From positions 47,213 through 111,212 of IMG/VR virus record IMGVR_UViG_3300028833_000006: a stretch of 64,000 nucleotides of DNA; one strand, given 5' to 3'. The notes beneath the pieces were generated by a model, which had not been told where the DNA came from, did no database searches, and was given only the letters and a program-made list of their open reading frames with translations. A program made the translations under genes and the position numbers. This DNA is from a virus (taxonomy: Duplodnaviria > Caudoviricetes). Of this stretch, positions 1 to 9,789 are shown piece after piece (the stretch's first letter is position 1; each line of letters opens with the position of its first letter).

Positions 1-127
1 TATCGTCTTCTACTTTAGGTTCTGACACAGGTGTCACTTTCTTCTCAACAACCTTTGTGTCTTCCTTAATCTCCTCTAACACTTCATCTTTCTCAATTTC
101 GGTATTCTTGTTATCCACAAGTGCCAT
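1..127 (-). CDS. 5' part of a probable tail assembly chaperone (runs off the window)
   Basis: ATG at 127 after AGGAGG; reads MALVDNKNTEIEKDEVLEEIKED; position directly after the tail tube gene. Confidence 0.45.
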   Translation of the reverse strand, partial: MALVDNKNTEIEKDEVLEEIKEDTKVVEKKVTPVSEPKVEDD

Positions 128-147
128 ATTATCCTCCTTAAAATATG

Positions 148-184
148 GCATACACACAGGGGTATTTCACCCTATGTGTATGCT
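148..184 (-). terminator. Hairpin after tail tube gene
   Basis: Inverted repeat GCATACACA...TGTGTATGC just past the stop codon; weak U-tract. Confidence 0.45.
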
Positions 185-202
185 ACAATATCTCTGTAAG
201 TC

Positions 203-853
203 TTATACTGTCACGTCAGGTGTGAACTCAAAGTCATCAGATAACTTATCTACAGTACCTGGTGTTGACTTGTTTGAGTAGTGTACAGTAATGGGGAAGT
301 TAACCTTTGTGTCACCACCAAGTGAATCGTAAGTGATTGTACACTCAGTCTGCCTCTGTGCCTTATAACCGTTGGTCTCATCACCGATGTATGCAGTAAT
401 GATGTACATTGTGAACTGGTTAAGTTCTGATACTGCATTTCTGAACATGATATCATGCAACTTCGGTGCTAACTTTGAACCGCCAAGGATAAGGAACGGG
501 TCGAATGACTGCTCAGGCTCTGTCTTGTTCATATCTGTATATGAGTTACCACGAATATCAGTGGTTGTCTCAATATCGGGATTGAACTCGATAGAAGAGT
601 CTTCGGTACGAGTACCAAGGATATCTCTAACCTCTTCGCCCTTGTAATACTTATTGGTTTCAAAAGTAGGTGCTTCTGAACCAGTTACATGTGTATACAC
701 ATTACCACTCTTTGTGTAGTAGTCTGTGTAATTGGTAGACCAATCAGCGGGTGCTGACTCAAGAAGTGTGTACTCATCCCAAGCCGCTACCGTAATGAGT
801 GTCTTTCTCTCGGCTCTCTGACCTTGCGCCAGATTAAACTGCTCAACTGCCAT
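203..853 (-). CDS. Major tail tube protein
   Basis: 216 aa, acidic and beta-rich; follows the neck genes in standard siphovirus order. Confidence 0.7.
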   Translation of the reverse strand: MAVEQFNLAQGQRAERKTLITVAAWDEYTLLESAPADWSTNYTDYYTKSGNVYTHVTGSEAPTFETNKYYKGEEVRDILGTRTEDSSIEFNPDIETTTDIRGNSYTDMNKTEPEQSFDPFLILGGSKLAPKLHDIMFRNAVSELNQFTMYIITAYIGDETNGYKAQRQTECTITYDSLGGDTKVNFPITVHYSNKSTPGTVDKLSDDFEFTPDVTV

Positions 854-866
854 AATTCATTTCCTC

Positions 867-1358
867 CTATGATTTATTGTATATCTTTTTGCTTGTATCT
901 AGATAATCTACTTGTATAGTAAAACTATACTTTGCAAGCGGTGGTGTTGTCTGTGTATCCACACTGTTAAGTCTTGGATTTTCAGTTGTGACACGCATGT
1001 CATCTATCTCACAATACTCACCAAAATTAGGATAATTCCTAATGTCGGCTTGCTCGACTATCCAATCGATTATGTCTTGTACCTCTGAAAAGTCCATAAC
1101 ATTACTGTCAACATGACTTTCTGGGTCAACCTTTACTATTTGATTATAAGCCACTGACTTAAAATCTACAATAGTTGCGGAGTATCTTTTTTCAATACAT
1201 CCGTCTATATATGCTTTGTTGACAGCCTTGTCATTTGCTAATGCTACAATCTGCTTATTATTCTCTTTCGCATTGATGAAATTGAAATACAGCGGATTGT
1301 CTCTAATGATAGGACAGTCTAACAAAAAAGTTATTATCGCTTGGTTCTTGTCACTCAT
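867..1358 (-). CDS. Tail terminator / neck protein
   Basis: Position before tail tube; C-terminal AKYSFTIQVDY pattern. Confidence 0.5.
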   Translation of the reverse strand: MSDKNQAIITFLLDCPIIRDNPLYFNFINAKENNKQIVALANDKAVNKAYIDGCIEKRYSATIVDFKSVAYNQIVKVDPESHVDSNVMDFSEVQDIIDWIVEQADIRNYPNFGEYCEIDDMRVTTENPRLNSVDTQTTPPLAKYSFTIQVDYLDTSKKIYNKS

Positions 1359-1708
1359 GCTTTATTTAACCTATCGCTCAAAATATCGGCTACCTTGGCT
1401 ATAAATGTATCGCCCTCGGCATCTAACATTGCTTTATCCCATTGAGCACTCGCAAGTGGGTGGATGTTTGTATTGTGATTGGGATTTATGTACTGCTTGG
1501 TTGAGTATGGAGCATTGTACTTAACACCAGTTTCATCTACAGTAATGTCATTAGCAAGTCTACCTGTTTGATAGGGTACATAAGGGTCACTCATGTCTGC
1601 TAATAATTGATTTATCTCTGTAAGTGTCTCTGGGTTCTCTACAACGTCTCTAATCTCGTCTACTATCGCATCTGGATTAAATCCAGTTTTTATCCTAGAG
1701 TACATCAT
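1355..1708 (-). CDS. Neck / minor capsid protein
   Basis: PYVP..TG.L and YNAPY...QY motifs; synteny. Confidence 0.55.
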   Translation of the reverse strand: MMYSRIKTGFNPDAIVDEIRDVVENPETLTEINQLLADMSDPYVPYQTGRLANDITVDETGVKYNAPYSTKQYINPNHNTNIHPLASAQWDKAMLDAEGDTFIAKVADILSDRLNKA

Positions 1709-2157
1709 TTACCCCTTACTCTATAATGCTCGTTGTTACGTCCACCGCCAGTATTGTCTGTAAAGTTCATTATCTCAATATAGTTTACAAGGTCTTGGTA
1801 TTTCGCTTGAATGTCGCTCATACTCTTGCCCTTTGCATACTCATCTACTTCGTCTTCTATCTCGCCCTCAAATATAACATCTCCCCTACCAAGTGTGAAA
1901 TAATCACCCATTTGGTCATTAGGTAATTGTACCCATTTAAGTCTAGGAAGATATTTATCATTCTTGGGTATACGGCAAATCGTACTTGTGGCTGATACTA
2001 CGGCATCTCCAAGTCTTAACTGCTCTGCATCATTCTTGAAAAAACAACTAGGAATTACTGTTCTGTACCACTGTTTAATGCCTGTGGTGTTATCTTCATA
2101 TTTATTGTAGAGTGTAATGGTATCATCCCACCAACTTGCGATTCTCTGATTGTCCAT
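1705..2157 (-). CDS. Head-closure / head-tail joining protein
   Basis: TITLYNK...WYRTVI start and HYRVRGK end; synteny; start moved to MDNQ by RBS. Confidence 0.5.
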   Translation of the reverse strand: MDNQRIASWWDDTITLYNKYEDNTTGIKQWYRTVIPSCFFKNDAEQLRLGDAVVSATSTICRIPKNDKYLPRLKWVQLPNDQMGDYFTLGRGDVIFEGEIEDEVDEYAKGKSMSDIQAKYQDLVNYIEIMNFTDNTGGGRNNEHYRVRGK

Positions 2158-2167
2158 CTTATCACCC

Positions 2168-2587
2168 TCATTCGTCTTCGTAGATACCACGGTATAAAAC
2201 CTTGTGCCCTAACTCATTGACTACACTATGAAGATATTTCCTTATGGTATCGCCTTGGCTTTCCCTAAATGTTTTTAACAAATCTGAATACGAGATGTTG
2301 TTATAACTTATGGATACACCATCATTTGACTGACTCGCTACTGACTTACTAGCAGTACCTTCTATCCCAACTGCAAGTCCAGCGTTCTCTGCATCTTGTA
2401 TCTTCTCAATCTGTGAGATTAGATACATCATACACATCTTAACCTCTTCTGGCAGTCGTGTCATTTTCTTTAGTCTGTCAAACGTATACCAGTCTACAGT
2501 CGCTCTTGCCTCAAACTCTAATAGATTAAAGGTGGTTTCGTCTTTAGTGCCACCCATAGAAGTATATTCTTCAAAAGTTAAGTACAT
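2168..2587 (-). CDS. Head-tail adaptor (SPP1 gp15-like)
   Basis: YLTFEEY..MGG start, SQSNDGVSISY and LYRG motifs. Confidence 0.65.
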   Translation of the reverse strand: MYLTFEEYTSMGGTKDETTFNLLEFEARATVDWYTFDRLKKMTRLPEEVKMCMMYLISQIEKIQDAENAGLAVGIEGTASKSVASQSNDGVSISYNNISYSDLLKTFRESQGDTIRKYLHSVVNELGHKVLYRGIYEDE

Positions 2588-2616
2588 AAAACTCCACCAC
2601 CTTTACAATGATTTAC

Positions 2617-2943
2617 TTATTCAGACTTCTTTGTTGCTCGTGTCTTGGGCTTAGGCTCTGCTTTGGGTTCTACTTCTGCTGTGTCTTCACTCTCGGCTTT
2701 AACTGCCTTTGCTGACTGTGCTTTTTCTAACTCTGCCTTAAGTGCATCTACCTCTGCCTTGAGTTCTGCTATCTCCTTAGTATGCTCTCTATATGCTCTT
2801 TGTAGATTAGGAACGTCAGCGGGAATTGTCTCTCTGATAACTGCGCCCTTATCGTCTACTATCTTATAGCCTTGATTTGCATATCTTTCGATACTCTCCT
2901 CATCAATCTTAACAACTCTATTGTCTTTTTGAGCATAAATCAT
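2617..2943 (-). CDS. Hypothetical virion-module protein with coiled coil
   Basis: RBS; between capsid and adaptor genes. Confidence 0.6.
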   Translation of the reverse strand: MIYAQKDNRVVKIDEESIERYANQGYKIVDDKGAVIRETIPADVPNLQRAYREHTKEIAELKAEVDALKAELEKAQSAKAVKAESEDTAEVEPKAEPKPKTRATKKSE

Positions 2944-2963
2944 AAGTGACTGTCCTCCTACTA

Positions 2964-3857
2964 TTAAGGTTCAATATTGAATTGAATAGCACCAGCCTTG
3001 TTATTGAGAATGAATACGTCCTCGAATGACTCCTCAAAGTAGATGTACTTACCTTCTGAACCAGCACTAGGCTCGTCTAACTTAGAGAATGTGTAAGATA
3101 CGGGTGTAATTACTGCTGTGGGCTGTACAAGGAACATATTAATCTGCTTTGCGCCAGTAGCAGGCTTCCAACCCTGTGTGAAGTCGTAAAGTGTCTTCAT
3201 AAGGGGTGCAGGAACACCAATTATCTCTACTTCGTCAAGTCTGTTGACTACTCTATCAATCTTGTGGTTATTATCTGTTACGTCTATGCTACGAGAAATC
3301 TTGTCAGCTTCCTTAAGAATGTACTTAACTTCATTCGTAACATAAAGGATTCTACCATTAACGGGTACTCTTGCATTATCCATCTTAAGCATAAGTGCAT
3401 CAAATACTTGAAGTGCGTTTGCTGATGTGATAACAGTCGTGTCAGCCGCAGTAGTTGCGAGTGCATTCCAATCTGAGAAAATCTTTGAAACGCAGTATGC
3501 ATCCATCTCGGGGAACTTCTGCTCTTCGTTGAATACCTTTGTGATATTCTGAATGGTAGTAACCATGTTTGTCTGGTCAACATCCATAGGATGTACGAGC
3601 GTAGACCACTTTCTCTGATTTTTAAGGGTCTTCGTCTCCCAGTTGTTGTCGTAATTTCTCTGTGCCGTTGCAATCGTGTCACGGTTAGAGTCCACACGAC
3701 CTGTGGTTGAGATACTAGGTATCTCGATTGTCTTTGCGTTTACCCAACGATATGTATTGTTGTTGGGAGTGTTGTAAAGTGCACCAAAGTTAAGTGTGTA
3801 CGGAAAAGCCTGTGCAAGTGCTCTTGAGTACTGTGTTGCATAATTCAATGCTGCCAT
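2964..3857 (-). CDS. Major capsid protein
   Basis: 297 aa after scaffold; TIEIP, PEMDAY, RILYVT, QINMFLV motifs typical of Firmicutes phage capsids. Confidence 0.85.
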   Translation of the reverse strand: MAALNYATQYSRALAQAFPYTLNFGALYNTPNNNTYRWVNAKTIEIPSISTTGRVDSNRDTIATAQRNYDNNWETKTLKNQRKWSTLVHPMDVDQTNMVTTIQNITKVFNEEQKFPEMDAYCVSKIFSDWNALATTAADTTVITSANALQVFDALMLKMDNARVPVNGRILYVTNEVKYILKEADKISRSIDVTDNNHKIDRVVNRLDEVEIIGVPAPLMKTLYDFTQGWKPATGAKQINMFLVQPTAVITPVSYTFSKLDEPSAGSEGKYIYFEESFEDVFILNNKAGAIQFNIEP

Positions 3858-3884
3858 TATACGTGTCCTCCTAATAATAAGTAA

Positions 3885-4625
3885 TTAGTGAGACCTTACT
3901 CCTTGAAAGTCGAATGACCAATCTTCGTCACCGCTGTCAAACCCTTGTGCTGACCCAACAAATACTTCGGGAATCTCAATATCGTCAGGCTCAACTTCCT
4001 CTACCTTAGGCTCTTCAACAATCGGATGAGACACAACTTCTGACACTTCTGTCACAATCGGCTCAGGCTCTGGTAACTCTACTTTGAAAGCGTCTGCATT
4101 CTGCTCAGAATAGATAGATACAAAATCATCTGCACCTATTAGTCTATCCCCCTCCATCTGCAACTGCTTGGCAAGCATCTCCCTAGTGAAGTCTCTCTTA
4201 GCCGCCTCTGATGAGAATTGCTTTGTGTTAGCAAATTCCTTAACAGCAAACTCATACTTCTGCTGTGCCATAAGGTCTTTGTAATTCTTAACGTCTGCTT
4301 CGTACTTACTCTGTAAGTCTGACAGTGATGTCGTTAAGTCTGCTAACTTTGTAGCGTCCTCGTCAGCCGATTTTAACTTCTCTTGCAACTGTGCAAGGTC
4401 AGTATCCCTCGTGCTTATGGTCTCATTGAGTGTGTTTATCTGCTCGTCTCTAGTAGCAATCTCATTATCCTTCGCCTTGATAGCGGAATCAAATTTTGAT
4501 ACGCTGACATACTTACCGTCTGATAAGTCTGCAAATTTCGCCCCACTCTCTTTCGCCATTGCCTCGAACTGCTCATAGGTCAACTTACCGTCTTCGGCAT
4601 TCTCGAAAAGGTCTTTAATGTTCAT
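3885..4625 (-). CDS. Capsid scaffolding protein
   Basis: GKYVS..KF start, long coiled coil, acidic tail; directly upstream of capsid gene. Confidence 0.8.
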   Translation of the reverse strand: MNIKDLFENAEDGKLTYEQFEAMAKESGAKFADLSDGKYVSVSKFDSAIKAKDNEIATRDEQINTLNETISTRDTDLAQLQEKLKSADEDATKLADLTTSLSDLQSKYEADVKNYKDLMAQQKYEFAVKEFANTKQFSSEAAKRDFTREMLAKQLQMEGDRLIGADDFVSIYSEQNADAFKVELPEPEPIVTEVSEVVSHPIVEEPKVEEVEPDDIEIPEVFVGSAQGFDSGDEDWSFDFQGVRSH

Positions 4626-4779
4626 TTGTCATTGTCCTCCTAACAATCTTTTATATCTGCTTTATTTGTAACTGCCCAGTCGCAGTTCTGGGCTGATTGC
4701 TACCTCATTTTACAGGTCTTTGGCTTGACCTCTATATAAATGCAATATAGACAAGGTTACATAACTAACCTATCTGTTG

Positions 4780-4844
4780 TATAGTATATCATACTTCTTA
4801 TTATTATGTAAACTGTTTTTCACAATATTTTGAAATATTTTTCA
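4780..4844 (-). promoter_or_regulatory. Promoter for scaffold/capsid operon
   Basis: TTTACA...TATACT on minus strand with upstream TGAAAAATATTTCAA palindrome variant. Confidence 0.5.
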
Positions 4845-4848
4845 TACA

Positions 4849-6996
4849 CTATACATTATCTTGTGTCTTGAGTTTTGTCGCTTTGGTCTTTTTCTGCTTT
4901 AAGACTTGTGACTGCATGGACTGATATGCGCCACCGCCAACTTTTCCTACACCACCATTTGTAGAAATTTGGTTGCCTTGATTTCCTTGCCCCCCTTGTG
5001 CCCCTTGTCCATTGGTAGGGGTGGGTGCTTGCTGTCCTTGATTATTCGTGCCCCTATTATTATTGGCTTGAGTTGAATTTAAATTTTGTTGCTCACCGCT
5101 GACACTCGTGTCACTTTCCTCATCCCCCTTGTCTGAGTTGGTGGGGCTTTGGCTATTACCGTTGGAATTAGGGGAGGGTTGTCCTTGTGCCATCATTGAT
5201 GAGACTGCCATGTTCTGCTCAATTGCTTGTTGAGATTCTTCTTGAACTCTTTGCAGTGCATCCATTGCCTGTCTCTTGGTCTCTCCGTAATACCACATTC
5301 TTGTTTCTAACTTGCTTGCCAATCCCTTGTCCATGAGAGTGAGCCTTGTGTTTAACTCTGTTACCATGTCTACTAGAATGCTGTCATCCCATGTGAATGA
5401 GACATCGTAAAGACCTAACTTCTTGGTGTCCACTTTGCCCCCTCGGATTACTACGTCTCCGACAATGTTGTAAATTGTGCAGTAAACGTCCATTGCGTAA
5501 ATTACGTCTTTAAGGGCTGACTCTAATGCTTTTTGGATTTCTGCGTTGCTTGCGTAACTTCTTTGCTTTAAAATCTTAATCTCTGTTGCTGTTCTCGCCT
5601 CTGCGCTCACGTCTGCGATTGTGCCCCTGCTTAATGCCACTACGTCTTCAATTCGCATCAAAAGCGTGTTTAATCCATTAATCATTGACGCATCTCTAAG
5701 GCTTGGTGCGTAAGGTTTGTAAGTGTCTGACTCACCTAAGTCAACTGGTCTGTAAAGTCTTTGCTGTAAGTGCCCCATCATTGAATGAGAATTACCCTTA
5801 AAGTCTGTTACATCTGTAAGTGCATCTCTGTCAATGTCAATTGCTAATTCGCCACCTTCGTACTCCCAAAGTAATCTAGAATACTGTAAATCCGCTTGCT
5901 TGATTAACTCCTTTGCTCTTGCGAAACCACTGATTCCTAACGGTGAGTGCGGGTCAATCGTGTTTGCTTCTGGCATCTTAAAATAACCAAACATCATTCG
6001 GTCTACGTTCTTAATTGTTGCCCTCTGCGGAATGTTCTTCCATTCTGGAACTTGCTTTAACTCAATCTCTGCCCCAAGCACTGCGTTGCCCAAAGTCATC
6101 GTGTTGTCTGTTCGGTTCAGACTCCTAAATGCTCTGTTAGTGATTGTAACTGTGTTATTCTCCAACTTGTGATACTCTAACCTAGTGTAAGTGTATTCCT
6201 TGTCAACCTTGGTCTGTAAGAATGCTACCTCTATTAGATTGCCACTGCTGTCAAATGAAAAAGGATAAAAACAATCTGCTTGTACAAAGTCAAACTCTAT
6301 AGCGTACTTGTACTTCTTATTGTTCTTATCTGTTTTTATCTCTGCTGTTCCCTCTGTGTCATTAGTACTACTTTCAGAATTTGATTGCTCGTTTGTTGAT
6401 TCAGCGTTGGCTACACCTTCTGATTTCTGCTCTGCCTTTGCCCCCACCTTACTATTATCAAGTCCTGCTACCTCTGCTACTGCCATTCTTGTCACATAAG
6501 GTTTTATTATAAGACTACCTTTAGCAATACCCAATTCAAGTTGTGTTCTTAATCTAGAAAGCAACTTATCTTGGTATTCCTTATTCATAAACTCCGCTCT
6601 CTCTGTTGGAGATTTTGCTTTTTCCTTTATTACTGTTTTGGGTTTATTGCTAATAGATATGTTTCCATTTATATCTGATACTGGCGGTTGATACTCTGGA
6701 TTAACAACTTCTTGAATACTCATTGGTGCGGTTATCTCTGACTGTAATTCTAATACCGCCATCCTTGCTTTTTCACTTGCTATAAATGCTGGTAACCCCA
6801 AAGACGTTACTAATGAATGGTCTTTGAAATCTGGTTCGTGCAACCAATCTGCTCTGTCTTCATACATTGCTGTCCACTCATCAATAGCATCTATCATCTT
6901 ACTACTGATTGCTGGTGAAATATGTAATGTTTGTTCAATATTTTTAACACCTATCATACCTTGCACCTTCTCTTTAACTGTTGACCATAATGACAT
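4849..6996 (-). CDS. Portal protein with internal insertion and Q/N/G-rich C-terminal tail
   Basis: YTRLEYH, SPLGIS.FARA, YSRLLWEYEGG, RTATEI, WDDSI motifs of A118/SPP1-type portals; start moved to MSLW by RBS. Confidence 0.85.
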   Translation of the reverse strand: MSLWSTVKEKVQGMIGVKNIEQTLHISPAISSKMIDAIDEWTAMYEDRADWLHEPDFKDHSLVTSLGLPAFIASEKARMAVLELQSEITAPMSIQEVVNPEYQPPVSDINGNISISNKPKTVIKEKAKSPTERAEFMNKEYQDKLLSRLRTQLELGIAKGSLIIKPYVTRMAVAEVAGLDNSKVGAKAEQKSEGVANAESTNEQSNSESSTNDTEGTAEIKTDKNNKKYKYAIEFDFVQADCFYPFSFDSSGNLIEVAFLQTKVDKEYTYTRLEYHKLENNTVTITNRAFRSLNRTDNTMTLGNAVLGAEIELKQVPEWKNIPQRATIKNVDRMMFGYFKMPEANTIDPHSPLGISGFARAKELIKQADLQYSRLLWEYEGGELAIDIDRDALTDVTDFKGNSHSMMGHLQQRLYRPVDLGESDTYKPYAPSLRDASMINGLNTLLMRIEDVVALSRGTIADVSAEARTATEIKILKQRSYASNAEIQKALESALKDVIYAMDVYCTIYNIVGDVVIRGGKVDTKKLGLYDVSFTWDDSILVDMVTELNTRLTLMDKGLASKLETRMWYYGETKRQAMDALQRVQEESQQAIEQNMAVSSMMAQGQPSPNSNGNSQSPTNSDKGDEESDTSVSGEQQNLNSTQANNNRGTNNQGQQAPTPTNGQGAQGGQGNQGNQISTNGGVGKVGGGAYQSMQSQVLKQKKTKATKLKTQDNV

Positions 6997-7062
6997 ATTT
7001 ATATACCTCATATAATTATGTAAACTACCACAAAATATTATACTAAATATTTATTTCTGTGT

Positions 7063-7101
7063 AAAGAAAAAAGGCTTGCCAATATAGGCAAACCTCTTCT
7101 C
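7063..7101 (-). terminator. Intrinsic terminator
   Basis: AGGTTTGCC/GGCAAGCCT stem followed by U-run on minus strand. Confidence 0.6.
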
Positions 7102-7161
7102 GGAACAAAATGGATTTATTGGTCTGTGACTCTCAACAAACTATATACTAATATAATCACA

Positions 7162-7353
7162 TTATTTTGTCAATGCCAAATCACCACGGATACATTCCTT
7201 TATATACCCTTGCTTATTTGGTACAGACTCTAGTTTTGATATTATATCCGCATCTGTTACTTTGTTCAGTTTGATTAAAAACTTTTTAGTATGTTCCTTA
7301 TCATATTTTGCTGTTGCTCGTATCTGCGCCTTTGTTGTTGCCATATCACTCAT
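7162..7353 (-). CDS. Small ribbon-helix-helix-like DNA-binding protein
   Basis: A.AKYDK..TK...IKLN...D.DII..L...NKQGYIK..IR pattern. Confidence 0.55.
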   Translation of the reverse strand: MSDMATTKAQIRATAKYDKEHTKKFLIKLNKVTDADIISKLESVPNKQGYIKECIRGDLALTK

Positions 7354-7630
7354 CTCCTCTCACACTTATAGAACCATAAACAACATCATCAAACACATTT
7401 GTCTTCTGCCAATCTTTAAATTTATCTTCTGTCATAAAATACACTCGAAATTCTTGTGTATCATAACTACCCATATATCCAGACCACGTATATCTCTGTA
7501 GTGTATCTGACTTGGCTACCTTATCCAACTCTGCACGTAATGCTTTCTCCGCATCAACTTCGGTTAATAATATATGTACTATAGTGAATCTTTGTATCGT
7601 ACCAGAATGTCTCATTCGCATACCCTTCAC
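7346..7630 (-). CDS. Hypothetical protein
   Basis: ORF packed in minus-strand operon. Confidence 0.5.
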   Translation of the reverse strand: MKGMRMRHSGTIQRFTIVHILLTEVDAEKALRAELDKVAKSDTLQRYTWSGYMGSYDTQEFRVYFMTEDKFKDWQKTNVFDDVVYGSISVRGDE

Positions 7631-7795
7631 TGCTTGTAAATTTTTACATCAATACCTTGCTGTTGTATCTTGGTCGTATTATCGGCTATTTTTGCCAACG
7701 ACTTTGCTATATCCATAAGCAATAAATCTGTATCCATACTACCATCTCCTTTAGTAATTACATCCTTTATCATTTCGATTAATTCACAATACCTA

Positions 7796-8152
7796 CTAGT
7801 CATCAATCACAACCTCCACTGTGCCTGCGTCTAATTGTCTATATTTCTTCTGATTATCCAACTGCAACATAAACTTGGAATTATTCAGTCTATTTTCATT
7901 CTCATTGTGTTTCGGTGTAGCCACTTCCCCACTACTTATCAAACTACTTAACGCTGATTCAATTCGTGCCCTTAACTTTTGTCTATACTGCTTTATCACA
8001 TCGACTATCAACCTCTCTGACCGTCTCCCTACGGTAACTGATACTGGCTCATCTATTACATTCATTATCTTATCTTTGGTATCTTGCACCCCCTGCTGAT
8101 ACCCCGTGTGATAATATGTATGATAAAGTGCGTCTAACTCATGTTGCGACAT
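7796..8152 (-). CDS. Hypothetical protein
   Basis: ORF with RBS. Confidence 0.55.
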   Translation of the reverse strand: MSQHELDALYHTYYHTGYQQGVQDTKDKIMNVIDEPVSVTVGRRSERLIVDVIKQYRQKLRARIESALSSLISSGEVATPKHNENENRLNNSKFMLQLDNQKKYRQLDAGTVEVVIDD

Positions 8153-8174
8153 ATTATATCACTCCCTAATTATG

Positions 8175-8453
8175 TTATTTCCGTGCTGTCAACAGATATA
8201 CGTTTCTTAATTTATCCACTCCCTTTATTCTCACATACTTATCTGTCTCCCTATCAATAGTCATACAATCGAAACCTAATAGATTCAACGCTGCTAAATG
8301 CATGAATAAATCATGTGCGTCAACGCTATCCTCTACGGCATCTAATACATCTGTTACTGTCGCATATCTATCAAACCCATTTCCACACGCAACATTACTT
8401 AATGCAAGCGGAACGTCACCTACTGTTGTTAATCTCACACTATTTCTCTGCAT
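8175..8453 (-). CDS. Hypothetical protein
   Basis: ORF with RBS. Confidence 0.55.
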   Translation of the reverse strand: MQRNSVRLTTVGDVPLALSNVACGNGFDRYATVTDVLDAVEDSVDAHDLFMHLAALNLLGFDCMTIDRETDKYVRIKGVDKLRNVYLLTARK

Positions 8454-8609
8454 CTTCGTCCTCTTTCTCTAACTTTTCCAACTCTGTTTTTAACATACCA
8501 TCAAATACAAAATCAAACTGTGTAATCTGCGACTTGTCATATTTATTTTTAGAATTTTTCTGCCCCAAAAATGTAGCCAACTCCGACTTCCCAACTTTTT
8601 TAATCGCCA

Positions 8610-8954
8610 TTATGAAATCTCCTCGAATATCGGAACTAATGTCTGTGCCAATCTACGCTTTGATACTCGCATTCTCTTGTCATTCATAACTCTCCTAGCA
8701 TTCTCAAGGTTATTTATGCCCCAACTTGCCCCCTTATCAAGCAATTTAGCATACTCTGTGCCCACTTTGATTGCTTTAACTGTATTCGGATTAATTGTGT
8801 AATCATCCTTGTTATACCATTCAGCTAAAGGAATCCATTCATCATCCCCCATATTCTTACCGATATTCCATACAAAAAACCCATTCGGTATCTTATTCAC
8901 TATCTCATAAGTTTTCGCAACCCCAAAAGTATCAACCGTTGTAATTGTACGCAT
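8610..8954 (-). CDS. Hypothetical early protein
   Basis: AAAGGAG RBS, directly behind a cassette promoter. Confidence 0.65.
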   Translation of the reverse strand: MRTITTVDTFGVAKTYEIVNKIPNGFFVWNIGKNMGDDEWIPLAEWYNKDDYTINPNTVKAIKVGTEYAKLLDKGASWGINNLENARRVMNDKRMRVSKRRLAQTLVPIFEEIS

Positions 8955-8984
8955 ATTCGTTTCTCCTTTCAATACTAACTTCTT

Positions 8985-9024
8985 GTCACATTATAAGTAT
9001 ATACCATACTAGCATATATGTCAA
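8985..9024 (-). promoter_or_regulatory. SigA-type cassette promoter (short variant)
   Basis: TTGACA-17-TATACT overlapping the end of the upstream gene. Confidence 0.65.
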
Positions 9025-9398
9025 TACATAGTTTCGTCTAACACATCATTTACCCTTACAAGCACCTTACCATCTTCAACCTCAACCATAATTATGTCAT
9101 CATACTTAATGTACTCTTTGAAATCTAATCCAATCGTCTTATAGTATAAATCTACGTATTTGTAATCAAGGTTATATGCCATTTCATCAAAATCACGGAC
9201 TGTTAACTTTCTATCAATTATCTCGTACTCGCCATTGTTCGGCACAACATACACCTTAAATATCTCGTCAAATTCAATTGACTCAACAACCATAGTGTCA
9301 TCAATATCTATTTTGTTTTCGTCCAAATCATAGAACTCAACTACTTCGTCTAGATACTTCTCAATATCCTTTGCCAATACTGTTGCTCTTGCTCTCAT
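9021..9398 (-). CDS. Hypothetical acidic protein
   Basis: AAAGGAG RBS. Confidence 0.65.
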   Translation of the reverse strand: MRARATVLAKDIEKYLDEVVEFYDLDENKIDIDDTMVVESIEFDEIFKVYVVPNNGEYEIIDRKLTVRDFDEMAYNLDYKYVDLYYKTIGLDFKEYIKYDDIIMVEVEDGKVLVRVNDVLDETMY

Positions 9399-9411
9399 AA
9401 GTTTCTCCTTT

Positions 9412-9690
9412 CTACGCTATCTTAAGTATTGCTGACTTCGGAATCCACACCCTATACCCATTGTATACTGTGAAATTCGGTCTATAAGACCGTGTACTCC
9501 AATATCTGCAATTAACAAATACTGCCTTTTCGGTCTCCTTTACAATATCCTCAACTCCGATATTGTATATAGCAACCTCATTACCGTTCTCGTCATAGTC
9601 ATACTGCTTATCCCAAACTATAGTCTTGGAATTACAAAATGCCCTTGACTGTATTTCCTCATATATCCAACTCTTGATTGTAAATGTCAT
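9412..9690 (-). CDS. Hypothetical protein
   Basis: KETEKAV...WIPKS motif seen in small phage proteins; RBS. Confidence 0.65.
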   Translation of the reverse strand: MTFTIKSWIYEEIQSRAFCNSKTIVWDKQYDYDENGNEVAIYNIGVEDIVKETEKAVFVNCRYWSTRSYRPNFTVYNGYRVWIPKSAILKIA

Positions 9691-9726
9691 ACCTTATACC
9701 TCCGTATTTAAGTTTCCCAACTGTTC

Positions 9727-9789
9727 CTTACAAGTATAGTATAAGGCAATACTTATTATATGTCAATACTATTTTGAAAAATTTTTCAA
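9727..9789 (-). promoter_or_regulatory. Repeated early promoter
   Basis: TTGAAAAATTTTTCAA palindrome, TTGACA (9766-9761), 17 bp, TATACT (9743-9738), then GTAAG. Confidence 0.85.
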
